NCBI GenBank assembly: GCA_963752285.1 | Contig: CAVVXN010000002.1 | Span: forward strand, 288,001-352,000 | Length of the DNA stretch: 64,000 nt | Reading direction: 5' to 3' | From: an uncultured Planctomycetota bacterium | Lineage (GTDB): Bacteria > Planctomycetota > PLA2 > JAEUHO01 | In this document: piece by piece, positions 21,601-31,136 of the stretch | How positions within the stretch are numbered: position 1 is the stretch's first letter | How the letters are laid out: each line of letters starts with the position of its first letter | Made by a program: the position numbers and the translations under genes | The notes under the pieces: model-generated | The model's input: the letters and a program-made list of their open reading frames with translations, nothing else | Databases searched by the model: none | Told to the model about the DNA's origin: nothing

Positions 21601-22074
21601 ATCGGGCCGACGCTCCCCCAGGCCGAGACCGACGTGGCGGGCGAGGTCCGCGGGTTCCAGAGCCCGCTCCAGACCCCGCGCGACGGCCGCTGGCTCCTGT
21701 TCCACAACCGCCTCGGCACGGGGACGGTCGAGATCCGCGGCGTGAAGCCGGGGCTGTTCGCCTTCGTCTCGCTCCTGTTCTTCGCGCTGGCGCTGACCCT
21801 CGGCCTCGTCGCCGGCCGGCGGCTCGCGCGGAGCCGTCTCGGCGAGGGCGCGTTCTTCGTCGGCGCGGTGGTCGTGGTCCTCGCGCTGCTCGTTCCCGCC
21901 GGCAAGGGCTCCGCCCAGGTCCTCGACGCGGTGCTCTACGGTCTGCTCCTGGCGGCCGTCGTCCGCTTCCTCGCCCGCGCGCTCGCCGCGGCGCGCGCGC
22001 GCCGCGCAGCCGCGGCGGCCGCGGCGCCGCCGTCCGAGCCGCCCGCGTCCCTGCCGGAAGGGGGTGTCGCGTGA
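18685..22074 (+). CDS. Large secreted, membrane-anchored hypothetical protein (1129 aa; one repeat module plus 3 TM)
   Basis: ATG at 18685 with GGAGG RBS; signal peptide ending ASA|G; beta-rich body; three C-terminal hydrophobic helices. Confidence 0.85.
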   Translation: MRCSRLFSSAGAGWLVALFVLSLLLAGRASAGDEPKAEPPAVGDAAPPASDDASKPEPPVLHKIYVPFRDLGKIFEKEGEGVFLPYEEFLSLWRRANRPTSVEGPPVSAAIRAASYEGEAKGDLVTLDATFEVEVLAPGWQRIALPFAGAGIEEATVEGEPALVLPRPKGVYELLLRDPGRRTLVLRLRVPAKREGDDLKASFSLPPVPLSRLRLDFPGRATDVDVRPRIASSTEPQPGGTTRLVAFLGAVDHIELTWRQKEEQAPAEQPLVFAEVQHDVRADPGVVRTETVASLSILRSPLTHLAFSVPADVVVLYVQGDGLRTWERSDDGTRLDLDLRDPVRERWQVKLGLERPLPPLPAELSIPLPRLEGVERETGFLRLLSGEGIKVESVATDGLLQVDLAEMPDALRKAPGGRAEAWRFPTRPGDVRVRAESLLPRVSAGVGQRVTIRPEGTGLAASVALRVERAGIFSVDLDLPGDLEVTEVHVKGPVGYDDHQVREVDGRRVLTVSFTDRLLGEALVEVKGRRATPLPAEGATVGESSFEIPLLRFPTADFVQGYLALHVDPSIEHREAKRTGLVPLDPNAPAAEEPPAEPALPPLARRFEYLQGDLALTLALKRRAPSVEAEVQTSLRFEPDRVRVQTTLDYRVSYRGVDTFRFTAPLSLKDRLHLDLEGVQLLGPEAVEVEGKEPTRGLWTVKLPADRLGAVPIALQVDDVPEAALASGTSRRFEVPTFVPMAAEGGPLPNVTHYVSVRRDPLLEITTEKLDRAEEIDARELPAPLRGEDDFLALRAYEPEWAATLVVTRHDYEPVAEVVISHLHLDTVVHQDRATTEAYFVVRNNDRQSLRLRLPHGASIRALTVDGQSRAPRQGEPGEEDIVLVPLQTGRAKDDAFTVALVYDHDVKLSSGLVFDDWTLSSPVPLDVKADLLTWRVYPPANLEYVGVGGTVEPAEPYRSWFGSLVQGLFRSIGPTLPQAETDVAGEVRGFQSPLQTPRDGRWLLFHNRLGTGTVEIRGVKPGLFAFVSLLFFALALTLGLVAGRRLARSRLGEGAFFVGAVVVVLALLVPAGKGSAQVLDAVLYGLLLAAVVRFLARALAAARARRAAAAAAAPPSEPPASLPEGGVA

Positions 22075-25000
22075 CCCGGCGCCGTCGTCTCGGCGCGGCG
22101 CTCGTCCGCGCGCTCGTTCCCGCGCTCGGGCTCCTGTTCGCGCTCTCCCTCGCCTCGTCCGCCCGCGCGGGCGACGACGCGGCAGAGGACCCCGAGGTCG
22201 TCGTCCACGTCCCGGTGGACCAGATGGACGTCCTGCTCGAGGCGGACCGCCGCGGGGTCTTGCTCCACTACGCCGAGTACGTGAAGCTGCTCCAGGAGGC
22301 GCGCGCGCACCTCGCCGAGATGCGGGGGCTTCCCCCCGCGACGGCGGCGATCGTCCGCGCGGACGGAACGCTCGACCTCGCCTCGGCCGAGGGCGCGCGT
22401 CTCGAGATGCGCTTCGACGTGGAGGTCCTCCTGCCCGGGGTCTCGTACCTCGCCTTCCCGCTCGACGGGCTCGGCGTCGAGGACGTTCGGGTCGAGGGCG
22501 GCGGGACGTACGAGGAGACCGGGGGGTGGCAGCACCTCCGCTTCGAGGGCGAGGGCGTGCGCCACGTGACGCTCACGGGATGGGCGCGCGTGGACCAGGA
22601 CGGGCCGTCGAGGGTCGTCGCGATGCGACTTCCGCCGGCGGCCGCGATGGCGCTCAGGACCACGCTCCCACCCGCCGCGAGCGGGAGCGCGATCGGGGAG
22701 GGGGGCGCGATCCCGTTCCAGACCCCCGTGGACCGCCGCGAGCAGCTCTCGATCCGGCCGACGTCGGACGGCAGCGTTCGCGTGGCGTGGGCGCCCGCCG
22801 CGCGCGCCGAGGAGGGCCCGCCCGTCCTCGACGCCGAGACCGACACGCTGCACGTGCTCGAAGACGGCCTCGTCCACTCGAGGGTCGTCGTCCACGTGAA
22901 CGTCCTCAGGACGCCGGTGGACCGCATCGTGCTCCGGATCCCGCCCGAGAGCGCGCTCCGCTCGGTGGGGGGCGACGGCGTGACGGGCGAGGTACGCGAC
23001 GAGGACCGTGCGCGCGTGGTCTTGAGCCTCGACAAGCCGCGGCGCGGTCCGTGGACGGCGACGCTCGACCTCGAGACGCCCCTCGAGGCATCGAAGGCCT
23101 TCGCGCTCCCGCGCGTGCTCGTCGAGGGCGCGATCCGACAGCCGGGCGAGACCGCCGTGCGGGTGGGTCGCGGCGTGGACCTCGAGTCCGTGGACGTGAC
23201 GGGAGGCCGTCGGCTCTCGGCCGGGAAGGACCCGTCGATCCTCCGTTGGGCGCTGGCCGATGCGAGCTCCCGGGTCACGTGTTCCCTCACGCCCGAGACC
23301 GTGCGTCTCGAGGCGACGTCCACCTCGTACCTGAACCTGACGGAGCCGGGGAAGACGCTGATCGACGCGATCACGTACCGCGTCGTGAAGGGCCGGTGCT
23401 TCCTGCTGACCCCCAGCCATCCCGCCGAGGGCTGGCGGCTCGCGTCGCTCCAGGTGAACGGGCGGTCGGACGGGTTCCGGCGCGACGAACGCGCCGACGG
23501 GACCGTCGAGATCCGCCTCGACGGCGGCGTGCCCGCCGGCGGTCGGGTGGCCGTGATCGCGCGATGGGAGCAGACCGGGCTCGACTGGGTGCCCGAGCAG
23601 GGCGGCGTGAACGTGCGCTTCCTCGTGCCGCGCGCGGGCGCGGACCACGAGGAGGGCTACGTCGGCGTCGGCGCCGACGCCTCGTTCCAGGTGCTCGACA
23701 CGGCCGTGGCGGACCTCGCGCCGCTCGGCGCCGCAGAGCTGACGCTTCGCGGCGTGTCGCCGGTGGGCCTGCTCTTCGGGTACCGGCTCGACGGGCCCCG
23801 CCCCGAGGTGACGCTCGCCGTCACGCGCCGCGCGCCGCGCATCGAGGCCGAGGTGGTGGCCGTCGCGCGGCCGCGGCCCCGCCGGCTCGAGGTCGAGGCG
23901 GCCGTGCTGCACACGATCGAGCGCGCCGGCGTGCGGCGCCTCCTGGTGGACGTGCCTCTGTGGGCGGGGGACGACGTCCGGATCGAGGCGCCCGACGTCC
24001 TCGACGCGCACCGTCTGGCGGGCGCGTCGTCGGTCCCGGCGGGTTTCGTGCGCTGGGAGGTCTCTCTCGCGCGTCGCACCATGGGACGCCACGCGCTGGC
24101 CGTGCGGTACCACGAGGAGGAGACGTCGGACGACTGGAGCGTGCCCGCAGGCCGACCGCTCGCCCCGCGCCTCCCGCTCGACCGCGTGGACCGCTCCGTG
24201 GTCGTCGAGCGTGCGCCCGGGCTCGAGGTGAACGTGCTCGGCGACGCGCCGTCGCGCGACCTGGCGGAGCTGCCGCCCGAGGCGGCCGTGGACCCGCTCG
24301 GCGTGCGCGAGGTGGTGCGTCTCCCCGGCGAGATGGACGGACCGGGGATCCAGGTGACGAAGCACGCGGGCGCGCCGGTGCTCGACGCGATCGCGACGGC
24401 CGTCACCATCCGCACCGCGGTGGCGAGCGAGGGCATCCTCCGTTCGCGCGCGAGCGTGCGCCTGGTCAACGTCGGGCGTCAGGTGCTCGAGGTCGTGCTG
24501 CCGCCGAGGAGCACGCTGATCGGGGCCGTCGTGGACCGGGACCCGGTGAAGCCGCTCGCGGGCGCCGACGGCCGACTCCTGATCCCGATCCCGCCCACGA
24601 GGCAGCGGGGCAGGACGACCGAGGCCCACCTCACGTGGGAGACGCGGCTCGGCGGACCGATCGGCGGGCACGTGACGATCCCCTCGCCCACGTTTCCCGG
24701 TCTGGAGGTGCTCCAGACCCACCACGAGGTCTCGTTCGACCCCGCGCTCCGCGTCGAGCGCGTGGCGGGCGACTACGGCGCGCTCGGCGGCGCGCGTGCG
24801 CGCTTCGCGCCCTGGGTCGCGACGCTCCTCGGCGGTCTCGGGCCCCGGACGGTGACGGGGGCCCGGAGCGCGCCCGCGCGCTCGCGCGGCCCCGTCGGGC
24901 GCGACGTCGCCGAACCCCGTCGCGCCGCGGAGGAGGTCTCGCTCCTCCCCTCGAACTTCACCCCGCCGGAGCCGTCCGATCCGGCGTCCGTGGGCCCCGA

Positions 25001-28000
25001 CGCGGTCGTCTTCCGCGACCACGCCGAGGACGACGACGGGGACGGCACGTGGCAAGGCCGGGGGGAGCAACGATACGACGCCGGGCCGCCGGCGGTCACG
25101 ACCCCGCCGACGCCGACGGCCCCGGGGAGCACGCCGTCGCCCACCGGGCCGCCCCCGCCGGCCGCGCTCCCGCCGCCCGTCGCCGCGCAGCCGGCCGGGG
25201 GGGCGCCGGCCGCGGGCCGCGGCGCGCCCGCGCCCGGCGGAGAAGGGCCCGGCGCGCCGCCGAGCCCCCCGCGACCGACCGCCGGCGCGCCGAGCAAGAA
25301 GGGCCTCCTCTCGCTCGACGTCCCGGTCCTCCTCTCTCCGAACCGGCTCGAGGCCGAGCGTCTCGGCACGGGCGGGACGATCGAGGTCTACGTGGCGCGG
25401 GAGACGACCCTCGCCTCGCGGCGCTGGATCTTCCTCCTCGCGTTCGTCGCGGCCGGGCTCTTCTTCGCGCGACGGAGCCGCGCGCGGCGCGTGGGCACGC
25501 CCCTGGTCCTGGCGGGGCTGGCCTTCGCCGTCTACGCGGCGTTCGGCTCGGAGGGCGCGCTCGAGGCCTCGGCGCTCCTCGACGCGGCGACGGTCCTCGT
25601 CGTCGTGCTCGTCGCGTCGTGGCTCGCCCGGGCGACGGTCCTTCGCGCGCCGAGGGCGACGGCGGCGTCGCTCGTGCTCCTCCTCCTCGTCCTGGCTCCC
25701 CGCACGGCGCGCGCGGACGGGAAGTCCGCCGCGAAGCCCGCCGCGAAGCCCGCCGCGCCGCCGACCGTGTACGTCCCGTTCGACCCGAACGACCCGAGCG
25801 TGCCGCGCGCGGACGACCGCGTGTTCCTCCCGCTCGAGGCGTGGCAGCGACTCGTGCGCCTCGCGCGCCCGAACGAGGACCCGGAGGTGGCGCTCCAGGG
25901 GCGGACCGGCGCGGCGACCGCGGTCGCGCACGCCCTCGTGGTGAAGGACGGCGCGGCGGAGGGCGTAACGACGATCGACCTCGAGAAGCGGGGCCCGGGC
26001 GCGCTCTGGCTGGCGCTCCCGCTCACCGGGGTGGCCGTGACCGCGTCTTCGCTCGACGGCGAGCCCGTGGAGCTCGCGCTCGAGGGCGGCATGCCCAACG
26101 TCGCGATCGAGGCACAGGGCGCGCACCATCTCGAGATCCGCTACCGCGTGCCGCTGGTTCCTACGCGCGACGGCGTCACCCTGGCCTGGCGGGTGCCGCC
26201 GTTCGCCCGCGCGGTCCTCGACGTGGAGGCGCCGGGCTTCGACGGCGTGGCGAGGGTCGAAAAGGCCGCGCGCGTCCAGGCGTCGGGCGCCGGGCGCTGG
26301 CACGTGGACCTGGGCCCGATCGGCGAGGTGCGCCTCGCGCTCGTCCACCCGGAGGCGTCCGAGCCCGTGGTGCAGCAGAGGACCCGCGCGGAGAGCCGCG
26401 TCGTGCACCTGCTCGCCGACGGCGGGACCGAGTCCCGCGCGTCCGTGCGCCTGCACGTGCTCCAAGGCGAGGCCCGGTCCGTGACGTTCGCCGTGCCGTC
26501 CGACGTCTCGATCCTCGACGCCACCGGTCCCGCCGTCTCGCGGTGGGACGAGGTGGACGGCGGCGTCCGCCTGACGTTCTCCGAGCCCGTCACGGGCTCG
26601 ACGGACGTCGCGCTCGCGACGTTTCGCGCCGCGCCCGCACCCGGCCGCCAGGAGACCCTGCCCGAGCTGTCGGTCCAGGGGACGACCGGCGAGAGCGGCG
26701 TGGTCGTCGTGCTCTCGTCGGTCGCGCTCCGCGTGGACGTGGACGAAGGGGGGACGACCGGCTTCTTCCGCACGCAGGTGCCCGCGAAGGACACGTGGTA
26801 TCGCATCGATCCGTCGGCGCGGGTCGTCGGCGCGTGGCGGTTCGCGGCCCGCCCGACGCGCTTCGTCGCCCGCGCGGAGCCCGTCGAGGCGTCGCTCGCG
26901 ACGGTGGCGCGCGCCTCCGTGCTCTTCGGGGAGGGCCGGGTCCGGAGCCGGTTCGACGTCGAGGTCGAGATCGACCCGCGCCGTCCGCTCGGCGAGCTCG
27001 TGCTCGACGCCCCCGGCACCGACGAGGTGCGAACCCTCGTGGCGCCGGGGCTCGACACGTGGTGGGCGGAGGGCGAGGGCGAGGGGCGCACGCTCCACCT
27101 TCGCTTCGGGGACCTCGTCTCCGGTCGTGTGCTCGTCCGGGTCGCGTTCGAGAAGCGTCTCGCCGCCGACGCCGACACCGCCTTCGCGCCGCGCCTCGCG
27201 CTCGAGGGCGTGAACCGGGACGTGGGCACGCTGGTCCTCTACGCGCTGCCCGACGTCGAGATCGCGCCGGGCGCGCTCCCGGGCCTGCGGACGATCCCCG
27301 TGGCGTCGGCCGCCGGCCCGGTGCCCGACGAGGACGCCGAGGCGCGCCAGGCGTTCGCGTGGGACGCGCCGCTCGGCGCGTCGCTGCCCGTGGCGCTCGG
27401 GACCCCGGCCCTGGAGGTCGAGGCCGTGGTCGTCTCGGCCGCGCGCCCCGGGGAGGAGGCGACTTCTGTCGATCACCTCGTGGTGTTCGACGTCCGTCGC
27501 GGGCTCCAAGATCGATTCTCGCTCTTCGTGCCCGACGGCGGCTTCGCCGACGCCGACGTCGTGCGCACCCGCGACCTCCGGGAGATCCGACAGGAGCCCG
27601 CGCGCCGGCGCGGGGCCGACGGGGTGGAGGTGGAGGGGACGCTCTACACGCTCCGGCTCCAGACCGCACGAGGGGGGCCCGTCGAGGTGACGGTCAGCCA
27701 GGCGCTGCGGCCCGACCACCCGCTTCGCGTGGTGCGACCCGAGGACGTGAAGTCCGTCCACTGGTTCACCCTCCTGGGCGGGTACGCGGACGGCGAGGTG
27801 GACTCGAAGGTCCTGGGCGGGGCGCCCGATCCCGCGGCGTGGGACGAGCTGCCGTTCCTCCCCACGGCGCTCACGGCCGCGGACGTGGTCCGTGCGTGGA
27901 CCGCGCGCGAGCCGTTCGTGCTGGACGTGGCGGTGCGCCCGCACACCGTCCAGCTCGACGCGGACGCCGTCGTACGGTCGGCCCGCGCCATCGTCGTCGT

Positions 28001-29519
28001 GGGGCGCGACGGCGAGGCGCGCATCGAGCTCACGTACCGTCTCTTCAACCGCCGTCGTCTCTTCCTCCGCGTGCGCATGCCCGGTCGCTCCCTCCTCTAC
28101 GGCGTGACCGCCGGCGGCGTTCCCGTGAAGCCGCTCGACGGCGGGGACGGCGACCTCCTCGTCCCGATCCCCAAGGTGCCGCTCGGCGGCGGCGGGTACC
28201 CGGTGACCTTGCTCTACCGCGCGCCGGTCGGCGACGCGCTCCCGTCGGGAAGCCTCGAGCTCGTCCTGCCTGAGGTCGTGGGCATCGCGCTCGACCGCAC
28301 GGTCGTCGCCCTCTACGCCCCGGAGGGGTTCCGGTACGACTTCGACACGGACATGACGCCCTCGGAGGCGAAGGACCTGAAGGCCGACCTCGCCGAGGCG
28401 GCCGTGAAGGAGGCGAAGGACCTCCTGGAGGTCGTGAAGAACGGGACCCTCGCGCAGCGCTCCCTCGCGGCGCAGAGCTGCGAGGTCGTCGTGAAACAGG
28501 CGGAGAGCTGGAACGACGGCGCGGGGCGTTCGCGGAGCGGGCTCAACTTCGAGCTCGACCAGGTGCGGCGCGAGCTCGAGGCGCGCGTCGCGACCGTGAA
28601 CAAGGACGTGGAGCGGGAGCAGGCGGTCCGGAGCCAGACGCGCGCGTCGGACCTCTACGCGTCGAATGCGGCCCCGATCCTGCAGACCGAGGACGGGGCG
28701 TTGGAGGCGGGGCAGAACGTGGGCTGGCGCCTCAACCGGCGGGACGCCGAGAAGGGCGGCGCGAAGAACGAGGAGGCCGAGGCGCTGAAGGAGCGGTACG
28801 GGAAGGCGTTCGAGCGGCGGAAGCAGAAGGAGGCGCAGGAGGCGCCGGCGGACGATCTTGGGCAGACGGAGGCGGGGCCGACGTCGGGCGGCGAGGCCAC
28901 CGGGAACGACCTGCACGCGCAGAACCTCGAGGGCCTGAACGCGGCCCTCGCCGAGGACCAGTCGAAGAACGACCAGCTCGGGACCGCCGAACTCGAAGTC
29001 GAGATCACGCAGGCGGCCAACCGGGTGTCGCGACCGCGCGGGCGTCAGAGCGCCTTCTTCCTCTTCGGAGGCGACGCGGACCTCGGTCGTCACGCGAACC
29101 CGCAGATGGGGTTCCCCACGTCCGTTGCCGGTGCCGGTGCCGGTCCCGGTGGCGGCGCCGGGTGGGCGGCCTCCACGAGCTTCGACTCCGGTCTCGTGCC
29201 CTCCGAGGACGGGTACGCAGGCTTCGGCATGCGGTCCTACGGCCTCGGCGGCGGCGGGGGCGGCGCGGTCCAGGCGCCCCGCGGGCGCGGCGGTCTCATG
29301 GGCGTGGACGTCGCCCTCCCCGCGAAGGGAAGGGTCTTCTACTTTCGGAGCCTCAAGGCGGGCTCTCCGATCCGGATCGACGCGTCGCGCGAGGGGCCGG
29401 CGCCCGCGCTCCGCTGGGTGCTCTTCCTCGCGATCGTGGGCCTCGGCGTGGTCCTGACCCTGCTCGTCGGCCGCGCCGCGGCGGGGCGTGCGGCAGGACG
29501 GGTGCCCGCGGCCCGCTGA
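22071..29519 (+). CDS. Giant secreted membrane hypothetical protein (2482 aa; two repeat modules)
   Basis: GTG at 22071 overlaps the upstream stop; signal peptide ending ARA|G; internal 4-helix membrane block; C-terminal TM; motifs shared with the upstream gene. Confidence 0.85.
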   Translation: MTRRRRLGAALVRALVPALGLLFALSLASSARAGDDAAEDPEVVVHVPVDQMDVLLEADRRGVLLHYAEYVKLLQEARAHLAEMRGLPPATAAIVRADGTLDLASAEGARLEMRFDVEVLLPGVSYLAFPLDGLGVEDVRVEGGGTYEETGGWQHLRFEGEGVRHVTLTGWARVDQDGPSRVVAMRLPPAAAMALRTTLPPAASGSAIGEGGAIPFQTPVDRREQLSIRPTSDGSVRVAWAPAARAEEGPPVLDAETDTLHVLEDGLVHSRVVVHVNVLRTPVDRIVLRIPPESALRSVGGDGVTGEVRDEDRARVVLSLDKPRRGPWTATLDLETPLEASKAFALPRVLVEGAIRQPGETAVRVGRGVDLESVDVTGGRRLSAGKDPSILRWALADASSRVTCSLTPETVRLEATSTSYLNLTEPGKTLIDAITYRVVKGRCFLLTPSHPAEGWRLASLQVNGRSDGFRRDERADGTVEIRLDGGVPAGGRVAVIARWEQTGLDWVPEQGGVNVRFLVPRAGADHEEGYVGVGADASFQVLDTAVADLAPLGAAELTLRGVSPVGLLFGYRLDGPRPEVTLAVTRRAPRIEAEVVAVARPRPRRLEVEAAVLHTIERAGVRRLLVDVPLWAGDDVRIEAPDVLDAHRLAGASSVPAGFVRWEVSLARRTMGRHALAVRYHEEETSDDWSVPAGRPLAPRLPLDRVDRSVVVERAPGLEVNVLGDAPSRDLAELPPEAAVDPLGVREVVRLPGEMDGPGIQVTKHAGAPVLDAIATAVTIRTAVASEGILRSRASVRLVNVGRQVLEVVLPPRSTLIGAVVDRDPVKPLAGADGRLLIPIPPTRQRGRTTEAHLTWETRLGGPIGGHVTIPSPTFPGLEVLQTHHEVSFDPALRVERVAGDYGALGGARARFAPWVATLLGGLGPRTVTGARSAPARSRGPVGRDVAEPRRAAEEVSLLPSNFTPPEPSDPASVGPDAVVFRDHAEDDDGDGTWQGRGEQRYDAGPPAVTTPPTPTAPGSTPSPTGPPPPAALPPPVAAQPAGGAPAAGRGAPAPGGEGPGAPPSPPRPTAGAPSKKGLLSLDVPVLLSPNRLEAERLGTGGTIEVYVARETTLASRRWIFLLAFVAAGLFFARRSRARRVGTPLVLAGLAFAVYAAFGSEGALEASALLDAATVLVVVLVASWLARATVLRAPRATAASLVLLLLVLAPRTARADGKSAAKPAAKPAAPPTVYVPFDPNDPSVPRADDRVFLPLEAWQRLVRLARPNEDPEVALQGRTGAATAVAHALVVKDGAAEGVTTIDLEKRGPGALWLALPLTGVAVTASSLDGEPVELALEGGMPNVAIEAQGAHHLEIRYRVPLVPTRDGVTLAWRVPPFARAVLDVEAPGFDGVARVEKAARVQASGAGRWHVDLGPIGEVRLALVHPEASEPVVQQRTRAESRVVHLLADGGTESRASVRLHVLQGEARSVTFAVPSDVSILDATGPAVSRWDEVDGGVRLTFSEPVTGSTDVALATFRAAPAPGRQETLPELSVQGTTGESGVVVVLSSVALRVDVDEGGTTGFFRTQVPAKDTWYRIDPSARVVGAWRFAARPTRFVARAEPVEASLATVARASVLFGEGRVRSRFDVEVEIDPRRPLGELVLDAPGTDEVRTLVAPGLDTWWAEGEGEGRTLHLRFGDLVSGRVLVRVAFEKRLAADADTAFAPRLALEGVNRDVGTLVLYALPDVEIAPGALPGLRTIPVASAAGPVPDEDAEARQAFAWDAPLGASLPVALGTPALEVEAVVVSAARPGEEATSVDHLVVFDVRRGLQDRFSLFVPDGGFADADVVRTRDLREIRQEPARRRGADGVEVEGTLYTLRLQTARGGPVEVTVSQALRPDHPLRVVRPEDVKSVHWFTLLGGYADGEVDSKVLGGAPDPAAWDELPFLPTALTAADVVRAWTAREPFVLDVAVRPHTVQLDADAVVRSARAIVVVGRDGEARIELTYRLFNRRRLFLRVRMPGRSLLYGVTAGGVPVKPLDGGDGDLLVPIPKVPLGGGGYPVTLLYRAPVGDALPSGSLELVLPEVVGIALDRTVVALYAPEGFRYDFDTDMTPSEAKDLKADLAEAAVKEAKDLLEVVKNGTLAQRSLAAQSCEVVVKQAESWNDGAGRSRSGLNFELDQVRRELEARVATVNKDVEREQAVRSQTRASDLYASNAAPILQTEDGALEAGQNVGWRLNRRDAEKGGAKNEEAEALKERYGKAFERRKQKEAQEAPADDLGQTEAGPTSGGEATGNDLHAQNLEGLNAALAEDQSKNDQLGTAELEVEITQAANRVSRPRGRQSAFFLFGGDADLGRHANPQMGFPTSVAGAGAGPGGGAGWAASTSFDSGLVPSEDGYAGFGMRSYGLGGGGGGAVQAPRGRGGLMGVDVALPAKGRVFYFRSLKAGSPIRIDASREGPAPALRWVLFLAIVGLGVVLTLLVGRAAAGRAAGRVPAAR

Positions 29520-29527
29520 CCGGGGGC

Positions 29528-29989
29528 TCACCTTCCCGGTGGCGGCGGGGCCGGCAGGAGGAACGGCGTGACCGTCGCCCGCGGGGCGGGGGGCTCGCTC
29601 GAGGACCGATCGACGCGGACGCCGTTCCCTGCGAGCGTGACGCGCAGCCAGGTCTCGCCGGCGACCTCGATCTCGCGCCGGGCGCTCGCGCGGCCGCGGC
29701 CGACGACGACGGACACCGTGTGCGGGCCCGCGCGCAGGTAGACCGCCGGGATGATCACGTTCGGCACCCCGGGCGGGAACCGGACGGGCCCCTCGATCGC
29801 CTTCTTGTCGCCCACGTAGACGAGGAACTCCACCGTGTCGCCGCGCGCGGCCGCCTCGGGCGCGGTCAGCCACACGTGGACGGGCGTGTCGCGGTTCTCC
29901 AGGCTGTACGGGTGGCGGCAGCCGGCGGCCAGGAGGGGCGCGAGACCGACCCAGGCCCAGAGGGCCCTCGACCGGGCACGGTGGAGCAT
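29528..29989 (-). CDS. Hypothetical lipoprotein
   Basis: AGGAGG RBS; lipobox LAAG|C; small beta-rich domain. Confidence 0.7.
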   Translation of the reverse strand: MLHRARSRALWAWVGLAPLLAAGCRHPYSLENRDTPVHVWLTAPEAAARGDTVEFLVYVGDKKAIEGPVRFPPGVPNVIIPAVYLRAGPHTVSVVVGRGRASARREIEVAGETWLRVTLAGNGVRVDRSSSEPPAPRATVTPFLLPAPPPPGR

Positions 29990-30164
29990 CGAGGCGGCCT
30001 CCTATCGGGCGTCCGGGAACCGCCTGGGGGCGGTGGCGGGCCCGCGGTAGACTCCGCACCCGCCTGCGGCGCCCGGGCACCGGCCGCGAGCGACCGGTTC
30101 ACCCTACGCGTGCGGATCGGGACGCGCAAGCCGCCGTGGCGGGCCTCGGGCGAGGAGGTGCGGC

Positions 30165-31136
30165 GTGCTGGAGGCGAAGACCGCGGGACGCCTGCGCGGC
30201 CGGAGCGTCGTCTCCACGGAGGACTTCCGAAAGGAAGACCTGCTCCACGTGCTCGACGTGGCCGAGCAGTTCGAGCCGGGACCGGACCGCCGCCGCCACG
30301 CCTCGCGTCGCGACCTCGAGGGGAAGATCCTCGCCCTCCTCTTCTTCGAGCCGTCCACGCGCACGCGTCTCTCGTTCGAGAGCGCGATGCTCCGTCTCGG
30401 GGGGAGCGTGCTCGGCTTCGCGGACGCGAAGATGTCGTCCTCGAGCAAGGGCGAGACGCTCGGAGACACGGCGCGCGTGGTCTCGAACTACTGCGACGCG
30501 ATCGTGCTCCGCCATCCGATGGACGGCGCGGCGCGCCTCGCCGCCGAGGTGAGCGGGGTGCCCGTGATCAACGGCGGAGACGGGAGCAACCAGCACCCGA
30601 CGCAGACCCTGCTCGACCTCTACACGATCCGGAAGGCGACCGGCCGGCTCGACGGGCTGCGCGTCGGCTTCATGGGCGACCTCCGCTACGGCCGAACGGT
30701 GCACAGCCTCACGAACGCGCTTCTCCACTTCGACGTGAAGCTCACGTTCGTCGGGCCGCCGAGCCTGAGGCTGCCCGAGGACCTGCGCGACCACCTCCAG
30801 CGCCTCGGGCGCATGGGCCCCGAGGTCATGCACCTGGAGGAGGTCGAGGCGCTCGACGTCTTGTACGTGACGCGGATCCAGAAGGAGCGGTTCCCGGACC
30901 CGCTCGACTACGAGCGCGTGCGGCACGCGTACCGGGTGAATCGCGCGTCGCTCGAGCGGTTCGGCCCCGACATCAAGGTCTTGCATCCGCTGCCGCGCGT
31001 GAACGAGGTGGACCCGGACGTGGACAGCCACCCGGGCGCGCTCTACTTCGAGCAGACGTTGAACGGCGTCACCGTCCGGATGGCGCTGCTCCACCTCCTG
31101 CTCGCCGACGGGGAGCCGTCGGGAGGCGCGGCGTGA
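30165..31136 (+). CDS. pyrB: Aspartate carbamoyltransferase catalytic subunit
   Basis: FFEPSTRTRLSF, KGETL, HPTQTLLD, GDLRYGRTVHSL, TRIQKERF, HPLPR. Confidence 0.97.
   Translation: MLEAKTAGRLRGRSVVSTEDFRKEDLLHVLDVAEQFEPGPDRRRHASRRDLEGKILALLFFEPSTRTRLSFESAMLRLGGSVLGFADAKMSSSSKGETLGDTARVVSNYCDAIVLRHPMDGAARLAAEVSGVPVINGGDGSNQHPTQTLLDLYTIRKATGRLDGLRVGFMGDLRYGRTVHSLTNALLHFDVKLTFVGPPSLRLPEDLRDHLQRLGRMGPEVMHLEEVEALDVLYVTRIQKERFPDPLDYERVRHAYRVNRASLERFGPDIKVLHPLPRVNEVDPDVDSHPGALYFEQTLNGVTVRMALLHLLLADGEPSGGAA

Noticed and set aside
21936..30080. Very long ORFs in the track (21936..30080 -, 22064..28273 +, 52594..57252 -, and the 5' extensions of 16480 and 18447)
   Set aside because: Arg/Pro/Gly-rich shadow frames caused by high GC; they overlap better-supported genes and have no motifs
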